Origin: Octopus bimaculoides
Taxonomy: Eukaryota
Length of the DNA: 42,493 bases
Assembly (NCBI RefSeq): GCF_001194135.2
Contig: NC_068983.1
Location: 115,262,206-115,304,698, forward strand
Direction of reading: 5' to 3'
The notes under the pieces are model-generated. The model was not told where the DNA came from and did no database searches. It saw only the letters and a program-made list of their open reading frames with translations. Within the stretch, counting starts at the first letter, position 1; the number at the start of each line of letters is the position of its first letter. The translations under genes and the position numbers were made by a program. Positions 10,350-22,640 of the stretch are shown one piece after another.

Positions 10350-12960
10350 AAGTGTGTACTTCACACAAATAAAACCAAAAAAGCATAAATGGATAAGAGA
10401 GGAATAAATTTCTATCAAAGAAACTTATCTTACAGCAGTGCTCTACCCACAGAATAAAAATAGAACAGCATATACATATAAGATCTGGAAGAAAAATAAC
10501 CCAAATATGAATATATTGATGAACCATAACAAACTAGTCAAAATAAGGAGATACATTCCAAAAACAAAAAAGATATCAGACATTGAAATAGAGCACTTTA
10601 AAGGAAAAATACATCGTGAAAATGCAAATAGTGCCCATAGATCAACAACCTAACAGTAACATAAGTGCTGAGGTTGAAAAACACGAAGATAGACGTAACA
10701 TGTACAACGAAAACGAAGTAACGAAACGCAACAAACCGAAACCCTAGGAATACATAATGATAATCAAAATGCACGAAACCAGAACACCACAGGCAAAAAT
10801 ATAAACGGGAAGGAATGTGGAACAAAACTAAAAACTGAAAACAATGAAGGCGGAAACCGTGATTAGGATTCTTTAAAATGAGTATAATCAAGGAATTAAA
10901 GACCACAGAACTCAATACGGAATACCGACTGTACCTGCCAAACATTCAAGTTGATAACAAAACAGCAACAATAATAGAAAGCATAAACCTGGTCGTCACA
11001 GAACTATTCACAACAGAAACAAATAACGACAATATGACCAGGCTAAATGATATAATATATGCAGCAACCTCTGTGACTACAAAAAATAACTGGCTGCTCC
11101 CTCAAACCCATCCAAATAGGTGTATTACCCCCACTCACCTAAAAAAAAAAAACCGCTATGGAAAAATTATATCCAGAAAAAAATAGAAAATAAAAGAATC
11201 TGTCAATCCTTAATGAAATTAGTAGTGCAAACAACACTACTAAGCAACATGAAATAAAGAAAAATACTGCAGAAATAAAAATTTACAGAACAAGGTATAC
11301 CTGAGGTAAAAGAACAGCTGAAGTAAGATATCCTCGCCAAAGTACAGAAAATCCGTCGGTATGAAGAAACGCCAACGATTCTTTGAACAAAACAGCTAGC
11401 TCAACTCTAATGCAAAACGATTTTATCAAGAACTTGGTAAAAATGAAGTAGAGATTAGGGCAGCACTAATAGCAGAAGGCGTGAAAGAATTTTGGAACGA
11501 AATATGATCGGCGAAGGAACAACTCCAGGAAATATCTATTAAAATACCAAACAGCACATGAACAACTCTGGACCCCTATAACAAGGGTAGAGGCCAGTTA
11601 GGTACTGCAGAAACTAAGAAGCTGGAAGGCACCCAGGGCACAAAATCCCCACTTTCTGGATAAAATATTTAACAGGAATACATAAGGCGCTGGCCGAAAA
11701 AATCAATAAGATACTGTCAGAGCCAGAGAAAATACCTGAATGGCTCACAGAAGGGAAAACCATCATGATTCCCAAACCCACTGAAACGACAAATGCACAA
11801 AACTACAGACCCATAACATATCTCCATACCACTTACAAAGTTTTAACTGCAATAATATCGCAGAAACTGGGCAGACCTTTAGAAGAAATCAATTTGTCCC
11901 CAGGAGAGCAGAAGGGATGCTGCAAGGGCTCATATGGCTGTAAAGATCAGTGATTGATCAAGAAAGCCATAACTGAAAATAACCGAAGGAAAAAGAAGGG
12001 TCTAAGCATGATTTGGATCGATTATCGCAAGGCTTTTGACAGTATTCCCCACACATGGATCCTGGAAACACGCTCGCACCAACAATAATAAAATATATAA
12101 AACATGTCATGTAAACAGTGCTGCAGCTCCAGGCAAAAGAGAGAATCATGGAAACTAAATCTGTCCACATTAGAAGAGGGATATTCCAAGAAGATTCGCT
12201 CTCTCCACTCCTTTTTTGCTTGGTACTGACACCTTTAACTGACACGCTAAACAGAATTGGATATGGATATGATAAAACTGCTACTGAAAGACAGCCATTT
12301 CTTGTCTGCAGATGATCTAAAACTGTATGCTAGAAATGATAAACAACTGGAAACATTACCACGAACAATGTATGAATTTACTAAAGAAATAAACATGAAA
12401 TTCGGATAAGAAAAATGTACCTGAGCAACATTGAAAAGAGGAAAACCAGTTAAAAGTAACAATATCACACCAGATAAAGAAAATGAGATAAGATAATTAG
12501 TCAAAATCCAGACATACAAATACTTAAGAATCAATGAACTAAATACGGTACCACACACACGCAAATGAGAGAAGATAAGGAAGGAATATAATAGACAAGT
12601 TAGATTAATACTTAAAACAGACTCAATGCAAAAAAAAAAAAAAAAAAACAGAAAGAAAATTCAAGATAAAAGGTATCAATACTCTAACAATCCCAGTTGT
12701 AAGTTAACAGTTACAATATTCTTAATTGGATACTAAATGAACTAACTAAACTAGACAAGAAACAAAAAAAAAGAATGATGGGATTTAGAATACACCATCC
12801 TAAACCTGATACAGAGAGGTTATATATACAACGAATTGCAGGTGGTAGAGACCTTATACAACTAGAAAACTACTATAAAATAACTACTATAGGATTACAG
12901 AAATAACTCAGAACCAAGGAAAACTGGAAAAATTACCACAAAACATGAGAAAAACAAAAA
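10350..12960 (+). mobile_element. R4/Dong-clade non-LTR retrotransposon, near-full-length ORF decayed by many stops and frameshifts, C-terminus missing
   Basis: N-terminal TYKIWKKNNPN..NKLVKIRRYI; RT motifs IPKPTETTNAQNYRPITYLHTTYKVLT, EQKGCCKGSYGCKDQ, MIWIDYRKAFDSIPHTWI, RRGIFQEDSLSPLLFCL, ADDLKLYA, YKYLRI; post-RT HHPKPDTERLYIQRIAGGRDL. Confidence 0.92.
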
Positions 12961-13680
12961 TAATGTGAGCCGAAAACTACAGGAAAGAGATGATAGTTTA
13001 GAAAATTACTAGTTTTAAAATCTCACAACGTGAGATATTCAGCAACAGTACTTTGTAGTAAAGATTGATTGCCAACATAACATGGCAGTCCTGGTTTAGG
13101 ACTAATGTTGCAGTAATTTTAGCTGCAGGAGACATAGTCTCCAGTTGGCTATATGACACGATCTGTGTCCTTATATTTTCGAACGAGAGAATCTAGCATT
13201 TTCACTTAATAAAGTCAAATAACCAAAGAATGAATCGCAAAATATATTTATGTATCTATGATGTATGCATGGGTGGATTGATGGAAAGATGTACTTATAT
13301 ATGTATGTATATTTATATGCATAAATATATTCATGTATATATAATAAATGAGTGTATAGAAACAAAACACGCGCGCGCGCACACATACACGTACACACGA
13401 ACGCAAACGCGCGCACACACACACATACACGTATATATATATATATGTGAGACAGTCGGTTTGGGGTTGAAAATGCACCTGCATTTTAAGACAAACTAGT
13501 TTAAAATGATTTTCTTCACAATAAACTATTTAAAATGACAATTCGTTTTCAGACTCATGTGCATTTGCAACTCCCAAACCAACTCTCGTCGGAATAAACC
13601 TCTTCCCCACGTTGGAATAAACCTCTTTTCTCCATATACATACACACCTGTCGTAATGTAAGAGTTGTAAAATATATTCT

Positions 13681-13880
13681 TTTCTACTCTACGCACAAGG
13701 CCCAAAATTTTGGAGTAAGGGGGCAGTCGATTAGATCGACCCCAGTACATAAGTGGTACTTAATCTATCAACTCCGAAAGGCAAAGTCGACCTCGGCGGA
13801 ATTTGAACTCAGAACGTAGCGGCAGACGAAATACCGCAAAGCATTTCGCCCGGCGTGCTAACGTTTCTGCCAGTTCGCCG
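13681..13880 (-). mobile_element. Family A SINE (well preserved)
   Basis: GCAAAGTCGACCTCGGCGGAATTTGAACTCAGAACG...CATTTCGCCCGGCGTGCTAACGTTTCTGCCAG is the reverse complement of the family A head and body. Confidence 0.92.
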
Positions 13881-13883
13881 TAC

Positions 13884-13884
<1 letters not shown>

Positions 13885-13938
<54 letters not shown>
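13885..13938. repeat. (GT)n microsatellite, followed by mixed GT/AT low-complexity sequence to about 14375
   Basis: Direct reading. Confidence 0.95.
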
Positions 13939-13941
<3 letters not shown>

Positions 13942-14301
13942 TCGTTTATGCATGAGTGCATGTATTTGTGTGAATACACATATATATGAGTGTGTATGTG
14001 TATGTGTATGTAAGTGTATGTGTGTGTGTGTGTGTGTTTGTGTGTGCGCGAGCACGCGTGATACAAACGAAAATGAAATAGCTCATGGCATGTATTTGAA
14101 CAAGGTGAACGATGTTACATTAAATGCCATGCAACGTAAATTCCCGATTTATTGAAATTATTCCCCCCACCCAAAGAATGAATGCTAGTTGCCTGCAGGC
14201 AATTAGGACCACTAATATATGTGCGTGCGTGCATGTATGTGTTTGTGCGTGTGTGCGCGTGCTCGTGTATTTGTATGTGTGCGTATGATATATATTTCAT
14301 A

Positions 14302-14346
<45 letters not shown>

Positions 14347-14717
14347 CACGTGTGTCTGTGTGTATGTTATAAGATGTGCGCCATTGTTCTGCCCCTTGCT
14401 TGATAAAATTTTCTGAAGGGCGCATTTATTCAAGAAGATAAGTTAGATGCCTTTTAAATATGTAAACATATTTACGTTTTTATTAAGTTAGATAAATGGC
14501 ATTTTGTATTGATATTCAATGCATTCGGAATAAATATTTATGAGCTTGGGAGTAAGTACACACTACTAGTTTCTTGAATTGAGTTACTTGCTAGCTGAAA
14601 ACTTTCCTTTCTTAACTTGAGCATCATATTGAATTTCATATTAAATTAATAACTAAGTAAAGTCATGCCGAGTTTGCCTATTTTTTGTGTGTACCAATAT
14701 GCATACATAGATACATA

Positions 14718-15103
14718 GTGGAGGTGCAATGGCCCAGTGGTTAGGGCAGCGGACTCACGGTCATAGGATTGCGGTTTCGATTCCCAGACCGGACGTTGTG
14801 AGTGTTTCTTGAGCGAAAACACCTAAAGCTCCACGAGGCTCTGGCAGGGGATGGTGGCGAACCCTGCTGTACTCTTTCACCACAACTTTCTCTCACTCTT
14901 ACTTCCTGTTTCTGTTGTGCCTGTAATTCAAAGGGTCAGCCTTGTCACACTGTGTCCCGCTGAATATCTCCGAGAACTATGTTAAGGGTACACGTGTCTG
15001 TGGTGTACTCAGCCACTTGCACGTTAATTTCACGAGCAGGCTGTTCCGTTGATCGGATCAACTGGAACCCTTGACGTCGTAAGCGACGGAGTGCCAACAA
15101 CAA
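14718..15103 (+). mobile_element. tRNA-derived SINE, family B, full length (about 386 bp)
   Basis: A-box TGGCCCAGTGG, B-box GTTTCGATTCC and a (CAA)n tail. TSD ATAGAT[A/G]CATA at 14707-14717 and 15105-15115. Closely similar to 19095-19490. Confidence 0.93.
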
Positions 15104-15248
15104 TATAGATGCATATGTGNNNNNNNNNNNNNNNNNNNNNNNNNNNNNNNNNNNNNNNNNNNNNNNNNNNNNNNNNNNNNNNNNNNNNNNNNNNNNNNNN
15201 NNNNNNNNNNNNNNNNNNNNNNNNNNNNNNNNNNNNNNNNNNNNNNNN

Positions 15249-15287
<39 letters not shown>

Positions 15288-15293
<6 letters not shown>

Positions 15294-16115
15294 GTTCAAG
15301 CTATATTTGACGATTTTTAGGTTTCTTTTTTACAGAAACGGCTGATGTATTGGTGAACAATCAATGGCATTGGAGAGCAAAAAGATTAGATCTCGTTGAG
15401 AAAAAATTAGTTGATATGGAGGACGGGATTAGTGGTTTCAAATTTTTGGCACAACGCCTGAAATTTTTGGGTTAGGTCGATTACATCACCTCAGTGCTCG
15501 ACCGGTACTTATTTTACTGACCCTGAAAGGATGAAATCTATATTCGTCCTCGGTGGAATTTGAATACAGAATGTATAAACGGACGAAATACTGCTAAGCA
15601 TTTTTCCGGAACCCTAACAATTCTCCTAGCTCACTGCCTTAAGCCATCTGAATATCAGGAAAGAGTTACCTTTATCATGATAATTTGCGCCGTTAGTAAT
15701 TCGCGATGTTAGTATTATCATGCTAATACTAACATCATAATAGCTGTTCAATGCTCTGTTTACACTGTAAAGGCTGTAAGACATGACAAGGACAGCTGCA
15801 ACAGAGACTAAGAAGCTGTGGACAGCAGGAAGGGTTATAGGTTTTTTGAGTGTGACATCATGCCGTCCCACACACTTGAATAGGGTCATCGGCTTAATTC
15901 AGAGATTATGTGTAGCTGCTGTGTAGAGGTTTGCTGCTAGATGGCCATATATGTAACAGTCGGGTTAGGTTCCTTGCCATTCCCCCGGAAAGAGTCAGCT
16001 ATGTATTACTCTATGTGGGGTGCGATTAAAAAATACAACTGCTCTGTCTGCAAAACCAAGGCTGAAGTGGTGGCCTAGCTCATGGAGGTGTCCGAAGATC
16101 TTCCCAAGAGGACTA
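15288..16115 (+). mobile_element. Tc1/mariner-superfamily (maT/DD37D-like) DNA transposon, internally deleted and interrupted by a SINE
   Basis: Left end TAGGGTGTTCAAGCTATATTTGACG matches 38777. Shared segments with 38777-39625 lie on both sides of the SINE. Residual peptides are ECDIMPSH..GHRLNSE and MYYSMWGAIKKYNCSVCKTKAEVVA..EDLPK. Confidence 0.75.
15428..15640 (-). mobile_element. Family A SINE nested in the Tc1/maT-like copy
   Basis: Family A body on the minus strand. Host sequence resumes at TTAAGCCATCTG, which is uninterrupted in the 38777 copy. Confidence 0.85.
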
Positions 16116-16124
16116 CATCACCAA

Positions 16125-16660
16125 ATTTGGAGAATAACACTGTTGTTAGTCTAAACAACAGCCACTAAGGCTTTCTGTACTGACCGCTGGCTCTCGAACT
16201 TTTTACACATCGGAGAAAAGGTGAGACGCCATTCTATGGACTGAACCTCCGTTTCCAGATGATAAAGATACGCCCACGTTCCGTCCCCAGTCACTAATTT
16301 AGAAAAAAAGAACGTGTTTTCATTGGCTTCAAATGATTCCAGAAGAACGGAGGAGAAATTCACTCTTCTCTCTTACAAATTTTATGTCAACTGCTGCGGT
16401 ATTCATTTATCCAAAGTCTTACATCATCTATAATGTATTGTAACCAAAGTTCATTCGTGCAACAAGCTCACGAGTTGTGACCCATCTGCCCCCGCGAATC
16501 ATTTCGTCCACTCACAAACGATTCATGACAATGATCGCAACTGATCTGTGCACAATGCTATCATATTCGTAGACAACATACAGCCTTCTGTAGATATCGG
16601 ATAGCATGTATCCATCTTTCGCCAAGAACTCAATCTCGGCACGTTGCTTTTTGCTTGGGA
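16125..16660 (-). mobile_element. Mariner transposase remnant (irritans-like KVMATVFWD type), N-terminal half
   Basis: KQRAEIEFLAKDG..IYRRLYVVY (HTH region) and LVTGDGTWAYLYHLETEVQSIEWRLTFSPMCKKFESQRSVQKALVAVV (region of the first catalytic Asp). Confidence 0.85.
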
Positions 16661-16772
16661 CGCTTGTAATGAAGAACAGGAAGACGAGTTACTATAGAGG
16701 ATGAGTTACTATAGTAATGAGCGTGATTTGAATTACCTTTGTCAATTAATAAGTTATGACCACTTTTGCATT

Positions 16773-16791
16773 ACACACACACACACACACA

Positions 16792-16865
<74 letters not shown>
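16773..16865. repeat. (AC)n microsatellite
   Basis: Direct reading. Confidence 0.97.
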
Positions 16866-16866
<1 letters not shown>

Positions 16867-17079
16867 TATGATTCTATTTGGCCATACTGGTACCAATAAG
16901 CAGTTGATTTTTTAATAAAGTATAGAGAAAGCCATCGTGGTTGTTATTTAGAATGACGTGGAGTAGACGGTTCGTGATAGAAGAAACAACTGTAAACTAA
17001 TGAAAATGATTACGTAACTCCTGTTCTTTTTGTCATTCAATTATTAATTTAAACACACACACATATAGATGTATGTGTG

Positions 17080-17165
<86 letters not shown>

Positions 17166-17168
17166 GAT
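17080..17168. repeat. (GATA)n microsatellite
   Basis: Direct reading. Confidence 0.96.
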
Positions 17169-18105
17169 ATCACCAACAAAAATCTAATTAACACGAGAAA
17201 TAAGGAAAGATGTTGTACATATAAATCCATATATGCAATCACTACCTTATTAATTTCCTGGCACGGAAGCAAATACGTATTTCCAATAGTAAATTTAACA
17301 GCATGGATGATCTATGTCCATGACAACGTCTTCACGGAACTAAAACGAAGTAAAGATGCATTAGACTGTGCTTCTACATATTATCTATGTTTTTTCTGAA
17401 ATGGCACACAGGTGCAACAGAAGCTGGTGTTCCTCGGAAACCCTTTACAGTCTTTTTCGAGTGTTAAAGAGCTTAACAAACGATATATATTGAGCGCAGC
17501 CACAAATAAAAATGAAGCTTAAATTCAATTTACAAAACATCGCCACAATACTGAAAGTTTTGAAATAAAATCTCTTTTGAAAGTAGAGAATATTCTGTCT
17601 TGTTAACGTACAGAATTACGCAGATGTTACACGCGTAAAAAAATATTCAACAGTGTTTAGACATGACTTGTACTCAGTATGAAGAAGAGAGAAATTCTTA
17701 CTACTGAATATTGTTTTGTTTTTGTCTTCAAAGTAATCACAGAAGATTATTGTAAGACTTGATAGAATGTAACAAATGATATGAGCAATTCTGGATTTTG
17801 AGATTTCTTCACCAACTGAAATATGATTAGCATTAGAATTATAAACAGTTACATGTACCAGTTCGTATATGCAAACACTAAGCACTACCTTATCAGGCTT
17901 CTCCAGAACTGAACTGAATACTTTTTTCTCAGTAGATTTCCTTACTAAGTCCTCTTATATGACGGAATATCGTATAATTATCCAAAGAGATTTCATCATC
18001 GGTGTGTACACACACACGCGCGCATTACTTCGTATTACATTTCCTCTAACGTAAGCACAAATGCACTATGCTGAACGTAACAATGAACGCAGCATCCAAC
18101 ATGGA

Positions 18106-18860
18106 CGAAGAAGGAAGAGGAGGGAGAAGGGGAGTAGGGAGAAGGGGGAGGAGGGGGAGGAGGGAGGAGGGATAAGAGGGGGAGGAGGGANNNNNNNNNN
18201 NNNNNNNNNNNNNNNNNNNNNNNNNNNNNNNNNNNNNNNNNNNNNNNNNNNNNNNNNNNNNNNNNNNNNNNNNNNNNNNNNNNNNNNNNNNNNNNNNNNN
18301 NNNNNNNNNNNNNNNNNNNNNNNNNNNNNNNNNNNNNNNNNNNNNNNNNNNNNNNNNNNNNNNNNNNNNNNNNNNNNNNNNNNNNNNNNNNNNNNNNNNN
18401 NNNNNNNNNNNNNNNNNNNNNNNNNNNNNNNNGGGAGGAAGAATGGAAGGGATAAGAGGGGCGGAAGAAGAAGAAGGGAAGGAGGGAGAAGAGGTGGAGG
18501 GAGAAGAGGTAGAGGGAGAAGAGGTGGAGGGAGAAGAGGTGGAGGGAGAAGAAGAAAAAAGGAGGAGGGAGAAGGAAGAGGGGAAGAGGGAGAAGAAGAA
18601 AAACAAGACGGCGAAAGAGGTGGAGGAGGGAAGAGGGAGAAGAAAACAAGATGGAGGAAGAGAAGGAGGAAGGGGGAGAGGGAGAAAAAGAAAAATAAGG
18701 AGGAGGAGGAGGAGGAAGAAGAAGGATAAAATGGAGGAGAAAACAAGATGGAAGAGGAGTAGGAAGAAGGGGAAGAGGGAGAAGAAGAAAAACAAGAGGG
18801 AAGAGGGAAGAGGTCGAAGAGAAGAAAGAAGTGGAGGAGCAAAAGAAGAAGGAGTTCATT
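18106..18860. repeat. Polypurine GAG/GAA/GGA low-complexity tract with an internal N-gap (18191-18432)
   Basis: Almost pure purine strand, with an internal 15-bp GAGGGAGAAGAGGT[G/A] tandem unit near 18480-18550. Confidence 0.93.
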
Positions 18861-19094
18861 GTTGTAATAATTAAGACAATGTGTACCTACCCAGACGATA
18901 CTACGCTATACACAGTCAAGACTCCTCTCCTCCATATACAATCACTCTCTTCTTGAGCAAGTGAAAATACCTGCTATTTCTAGGAGGTCGCTCAATCTGC
19001 GAGAAACTGTGCACGAAGGACAAGGAAGGGATAGTCATGTATGCAATGCCTCAGTCTGATTGTTCAGAGTTATATCCTTTCTACTGGAAGCACA

Positions 19095-19490
19095 GTGGAG
19101 GCGCAGTGGCGCAGTGGCCCAGTGGTTAGGGTAGCGGACACGCGGTCATAGGATCACGGTTTTGATTCCCAGACCGAGCATTGTGAGTGTTTATTGAGCG
19201 AAAACACCTAAAGCTCCACGAGGCTCCGGAAGGGGATGGTGGCGAACCCTGCTGTACTTTTTCACCACAACTTTCTCTCACTCTTATTTCCTGTTTCTGT
19301 TGTGCCTGTAATTCAAAGGGTCAGCCTTGTCACGCTGTGTCACGCTGAATGTCTCCGAGAACTACGTTAACGGTACACGTGTCTGTGGAGTGCTCAACCA
19401 CTTGCACGTTAATTTCACGAGCAGGCTGTTCCGTTGATCGGATCAACTGGAACCCTCGACGTCGTAAGCGACGGAGTGCCAACAACAACA
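19095..19490 (+). mobile_element. Family B SINE, full length, perfect 12-bp TSD
   Basis: TSD ACTGGAAGCACA at 19083-19094 and 19491-19502; (AAC)n tail; short GGCGCAGT duplication in the head. Confidence 0.95.
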
Positions 19491-19504
19491 ACTGGAAGCA
19501 CAAG

Positions 19505-19692
19505 GCCTCAGATCTTGGGGAAGTGATTAATTCGATTACGTCGACCCCAGTAGATAATTAGTATTAATTTTATCGACTCCGAAAGGATGAAAGGCAAAAT
19601 CGATCTCGACAGAATTCTGACTCAAAATCTAACGGCAGACGAAATACCGCTAAGCATTTCGCCCGGCGTGCTAACGATTATGCTAGCTCGCC
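19505..19692 (-). mobile_element. Family A SINE
   Basis: GACTCCGAAAGGATGAAAGGCAAAATCGA...GAAATACCGCTAAGCATTTCGCCCGGCGTGCTAACG. Confidence 0.88.
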
Positions 19693-19737
19693 ATCGTTTG
19701 TTCAGGGCTGTATGCTAAACACCATCACCAATACAGT

Positions 19738-20035
19738 GAAGGCAGATGGCTTAGTGGTTAAGGTGAGTTCGAAAACTGGTAACGCATCGTGTCCTTGAAC
19801 AACATACTATTTCATGTTGTTCCAGTCCACTCAGCTGGCAAACATGAGTAGTATCTGTAATTCAAAGGGCCACCCTTGTCACATTCTGTGTCACGCTGAA
19901 TCACCCTGAGAACTATGTTATGGGTAAGAGCGTCTGTGAAGTGCTCAGCCACTTGCATGTTAATTTCACGAACGGCTGTTCCATTGATCGGATTAAACGG
20001 AACCCCCGTCGTCGTAACCGACGGAGTACCACCAC
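19738..20035 (+). mobile_element. Hybrid SINE: tRNA head, family D central domain, family B tail
   Basis: TGGCTTAGTGGTTAAGG head, then GTGTCCTTGAACAA..CCAGTCCACTCAGCTGGCAAA, then CTGTAATTCAAAGGG..GTCGTAACCGACGGAGT. Confidence 0.8.
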
Positions 20036-21034
20036 GGAGTAACAGCAAAAACAACAACAAATACAGCCACAATATATTAACCTCTTTGCTTATTTCCATG
20101 AACAGGAATCGGAAAAAAAGAAAAGAAAAAAACCCACCTGAAATGGAAAGTTAACAACCTCATCCAGTCAACAAATTTATTCTGTATATGAAAAAAAATA
20201 TATCATTTCAGTTGTGAACAATTTGTGATGTTAACATTTTACATTGTTTAAAATTATCGGTTGAATTTTCTTGACAGACAGATGTTTTTAACATAGCAAA
20301 AATTGCTTTCCAAATACATTTGCACAAGAATGGCTGCATGGTTGCGAAGTTAACCAGGGGGCATCTGAGTCCGATATCGGAGCGCAACGTGTTAGACGAG
20401 TGTGTTTTAACCTTGGTCCGGGGCGTGCCCTAATGAGTGCGTGCTTGCGTGAAAGAGTGTGCAGGGAAGTGCATTGTTGGGGGTAGAGCAAAATTTGTGT
20501 GGCGAAGCGAAATATTTTGTATTTAGTATTTTGGGTGGGGATAACGATTCTTTATGTCAAAGTTAATGTACCTTTAGTTACTTTCATACGTGATCAATAA
20601 AATATGTACCAATGAACTAGAATCGTGTACTCCACAAAACTATAGAAGATGATGACTCTGCAAGGTTGTAATCAAATAAGAGTAACCAGTAAAAGAGTGA
20701 AAATTATAGAAATTACTTTCATTTTGAGTGGTTCTTAAATCTCGCTAGAATACAAATATGTTTTGTTCGTGTGCATTAAGTCTAACTTGACCCTTTTAAT
20801 ACAAAACCGCTTGAGATCACCTCAAATTTCCATGTAGATGTTTTGTTCTAAACAGTGACTTAAAAGAAATAAAGTAATTTTACTAAATGCGTCATTCTTT
20901 TCAAAATTAATTGATAGAAATGATGTGTATTTCAACAGAAATATGATAACAATAGGGTTAAAAGGTAGTGAATGCACACACACACACACACACACAGAGA
21001 CACACACACATACACACACACACACACAATGTGG

Positions 21035-21288
21035 TAGATAAAAGATCCTTCCGATTCACATAGACTCACAGAGCCGGTTTACCGGTTCCCGTGGCGCATA
21101 TATTTCCCACCTGGACGGGACGTCGGTTCGTCGCAGGATTACTCACTTTTGCCAGCTGAGTAGACTGGAGTAACGTGAAGTAAGGTGCTTTGCTCAAGAA
21201 CACAACGCGTCACCCGTTCCAGGAATCGAAACCACAATCTTATGATCATGTGTCCAACACCCTAACCACTAAGCCACGCGCATCCACT
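21035..21288 (-). mobile_element. Family D SINE, full length, 10-bp TSD
   Basis: Minus strand: TGGCTTAGTGG (A-box), GTTTCGATTCC (B-box), TGTTCTTGAGCAAAGCACC. TSD CACAATGTGG at 21025-21034 and 21289-21298. Confidence 0.92.
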
Positions 21289-21769
21289 CACAATGTGGAC
21301 TGTACCGAAACAAAAGCCATCCAATTGATATTTATTAACCAATAATTTAAGACTACCAGTTCCATCTCCTTTTCTAACAAGCTGAGCCTGTCTTGTGTCT
21401 TCTCTTGCCACTATTACAATGACTACTCAGAATTTACTGGATGTACTTCTAAGTAAATCCTCGAATTAGCCTTGTCTTTTCTTACTAGACCTGCTCACGA
21501 ATGATTTCATGTAGATACCTGCTGTGTAGGAATTAAAATTAAATATACCGATTTCATCTAACCATGCCCTTTTCCCAATAAATGCGCGGTTTATCAAAAA
21601 GCAGTCTATGCATTGCGCCTCTATAAATATTTCCTTATTCGTATATGTCCAAATATTCGCATGTAAATATCTGTGTGTGTGTGTGTGTTTGTGTGTGCGC
21701 GCGTATGTATGTGTGTGTGTGCGTGTTTGCCTTCGAAGAGCTATAATATCACAATTAGCCACTGTCAAA

Positions 21770-21945
21770 TAAGGAGCTCACGACATAATATCGCCGATAT
21801 TATTTGTTCATTAACTATTCCGCCGAGGTTGACATTGTCTGTCATCCTTTCAGGGTCGATGAAATAAGTGCCAGTTGAACACTGGATGTAATCGACTTAC
21901 CCGCTTCCCCTAACTTGCTGGCCTTTTGCCAAAATTGTAAATTAA
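21770..21945 (+). mobile_element. Family A SINE, 5'-degraded
   Basis: CCGCCGAGGTTGAC..CATCCTTTCAGGGTCGATGAAATAAGTGCCAG..GCCAAAATTGTAAA. Confidence 0.75.
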
Positions 21946-22039
21946 TATTTATTCATTAATTTTAATGATTATTGACAAACTGCGGCATGTTTCACTCCAC
22001 TTGTCTCATCAAACGAATGTGAAAAAGAATCAACTTGGA

Positions 22040-22640
22040 GTCTTGGGATGTGCCGAGCAACTGTTAATGAACAAAACTGTAATGTTAGAGGTGCGGGAGC
22101 ATAGAAGGAGCCTCATTTCAATATGGCTGGGCTACAAGAGATCCTTTGACTCTGGCCTCCAATCATGGATACTAGAAGCCCTTCGACTTGCTATAGTTCC
22201 AGTGAGCATAGTCAAAGCCATAGCTGACCTGATTTCTTCGTGGGTCACCATCTTGAACTTAAATACAAGGAGTGATTGTTTTATCACTGATAGAATACAG
22301 TATCACAGAGGTATATTCCAAGGGGGCAGCCTTTCTGTGATGTTTATACTTTCTGTAAACCCATTATCATTCATGTTAAGGAAGTCTGAAGGATATCTCA
22401 CTGGTTCACAAGGAAATAGAAGTACCAAAATTACACACTATTCCTTTGTGGGTGAGTTGAAACTATAAGCAAAGAATATGTGTGAGAAAAAAAAAAGAGC
22501 CTTAACCTGGTTACAACATTTTCAAAGGATATAGGTTCTCAAAGGATATATTTGGTCAGGATAAATGTCGCTATATGGTTGTGAAAAGATGGAAAACTGT
22601 AAAACAGAACAACATCTCCATCAATGACTTAACTGTTTTG
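22040..22640 (+). mobile_element. R4/Dong-clade reverse transcriptase fragment
   Basis: QLLMNKTVM..IWLGYKRSFDS..WILEAL..RGIFQGGSLSVMFILSVNPLSFML..HYSFVGELKL (decayed YxDD)..FGQDKC. Confidence 0.88.

Noticed and set aside
14718-14800. tRNA-like sequences with A and B boxes (also at 19095, 21288 and 38180)
   Set aside because: They run directly into SINE bodies with tails or TSDs and lack a clean cloverleaf, so they are SINE heads and not tRNA genes.
15705-15736. Perfect 13-bp inverted repeat with a 6-nt loop
   Set aside because: It lies inside a decayed transposon and is absent from the 38777 copy; most likely a local template-switch mutation.
18035-18874. Long overlapping ORFs rich in E/G/R/K or S/P/L/F
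   Set aside because: They arise from a stop-poor polypurine tract spanning a gap and are open on both strands.
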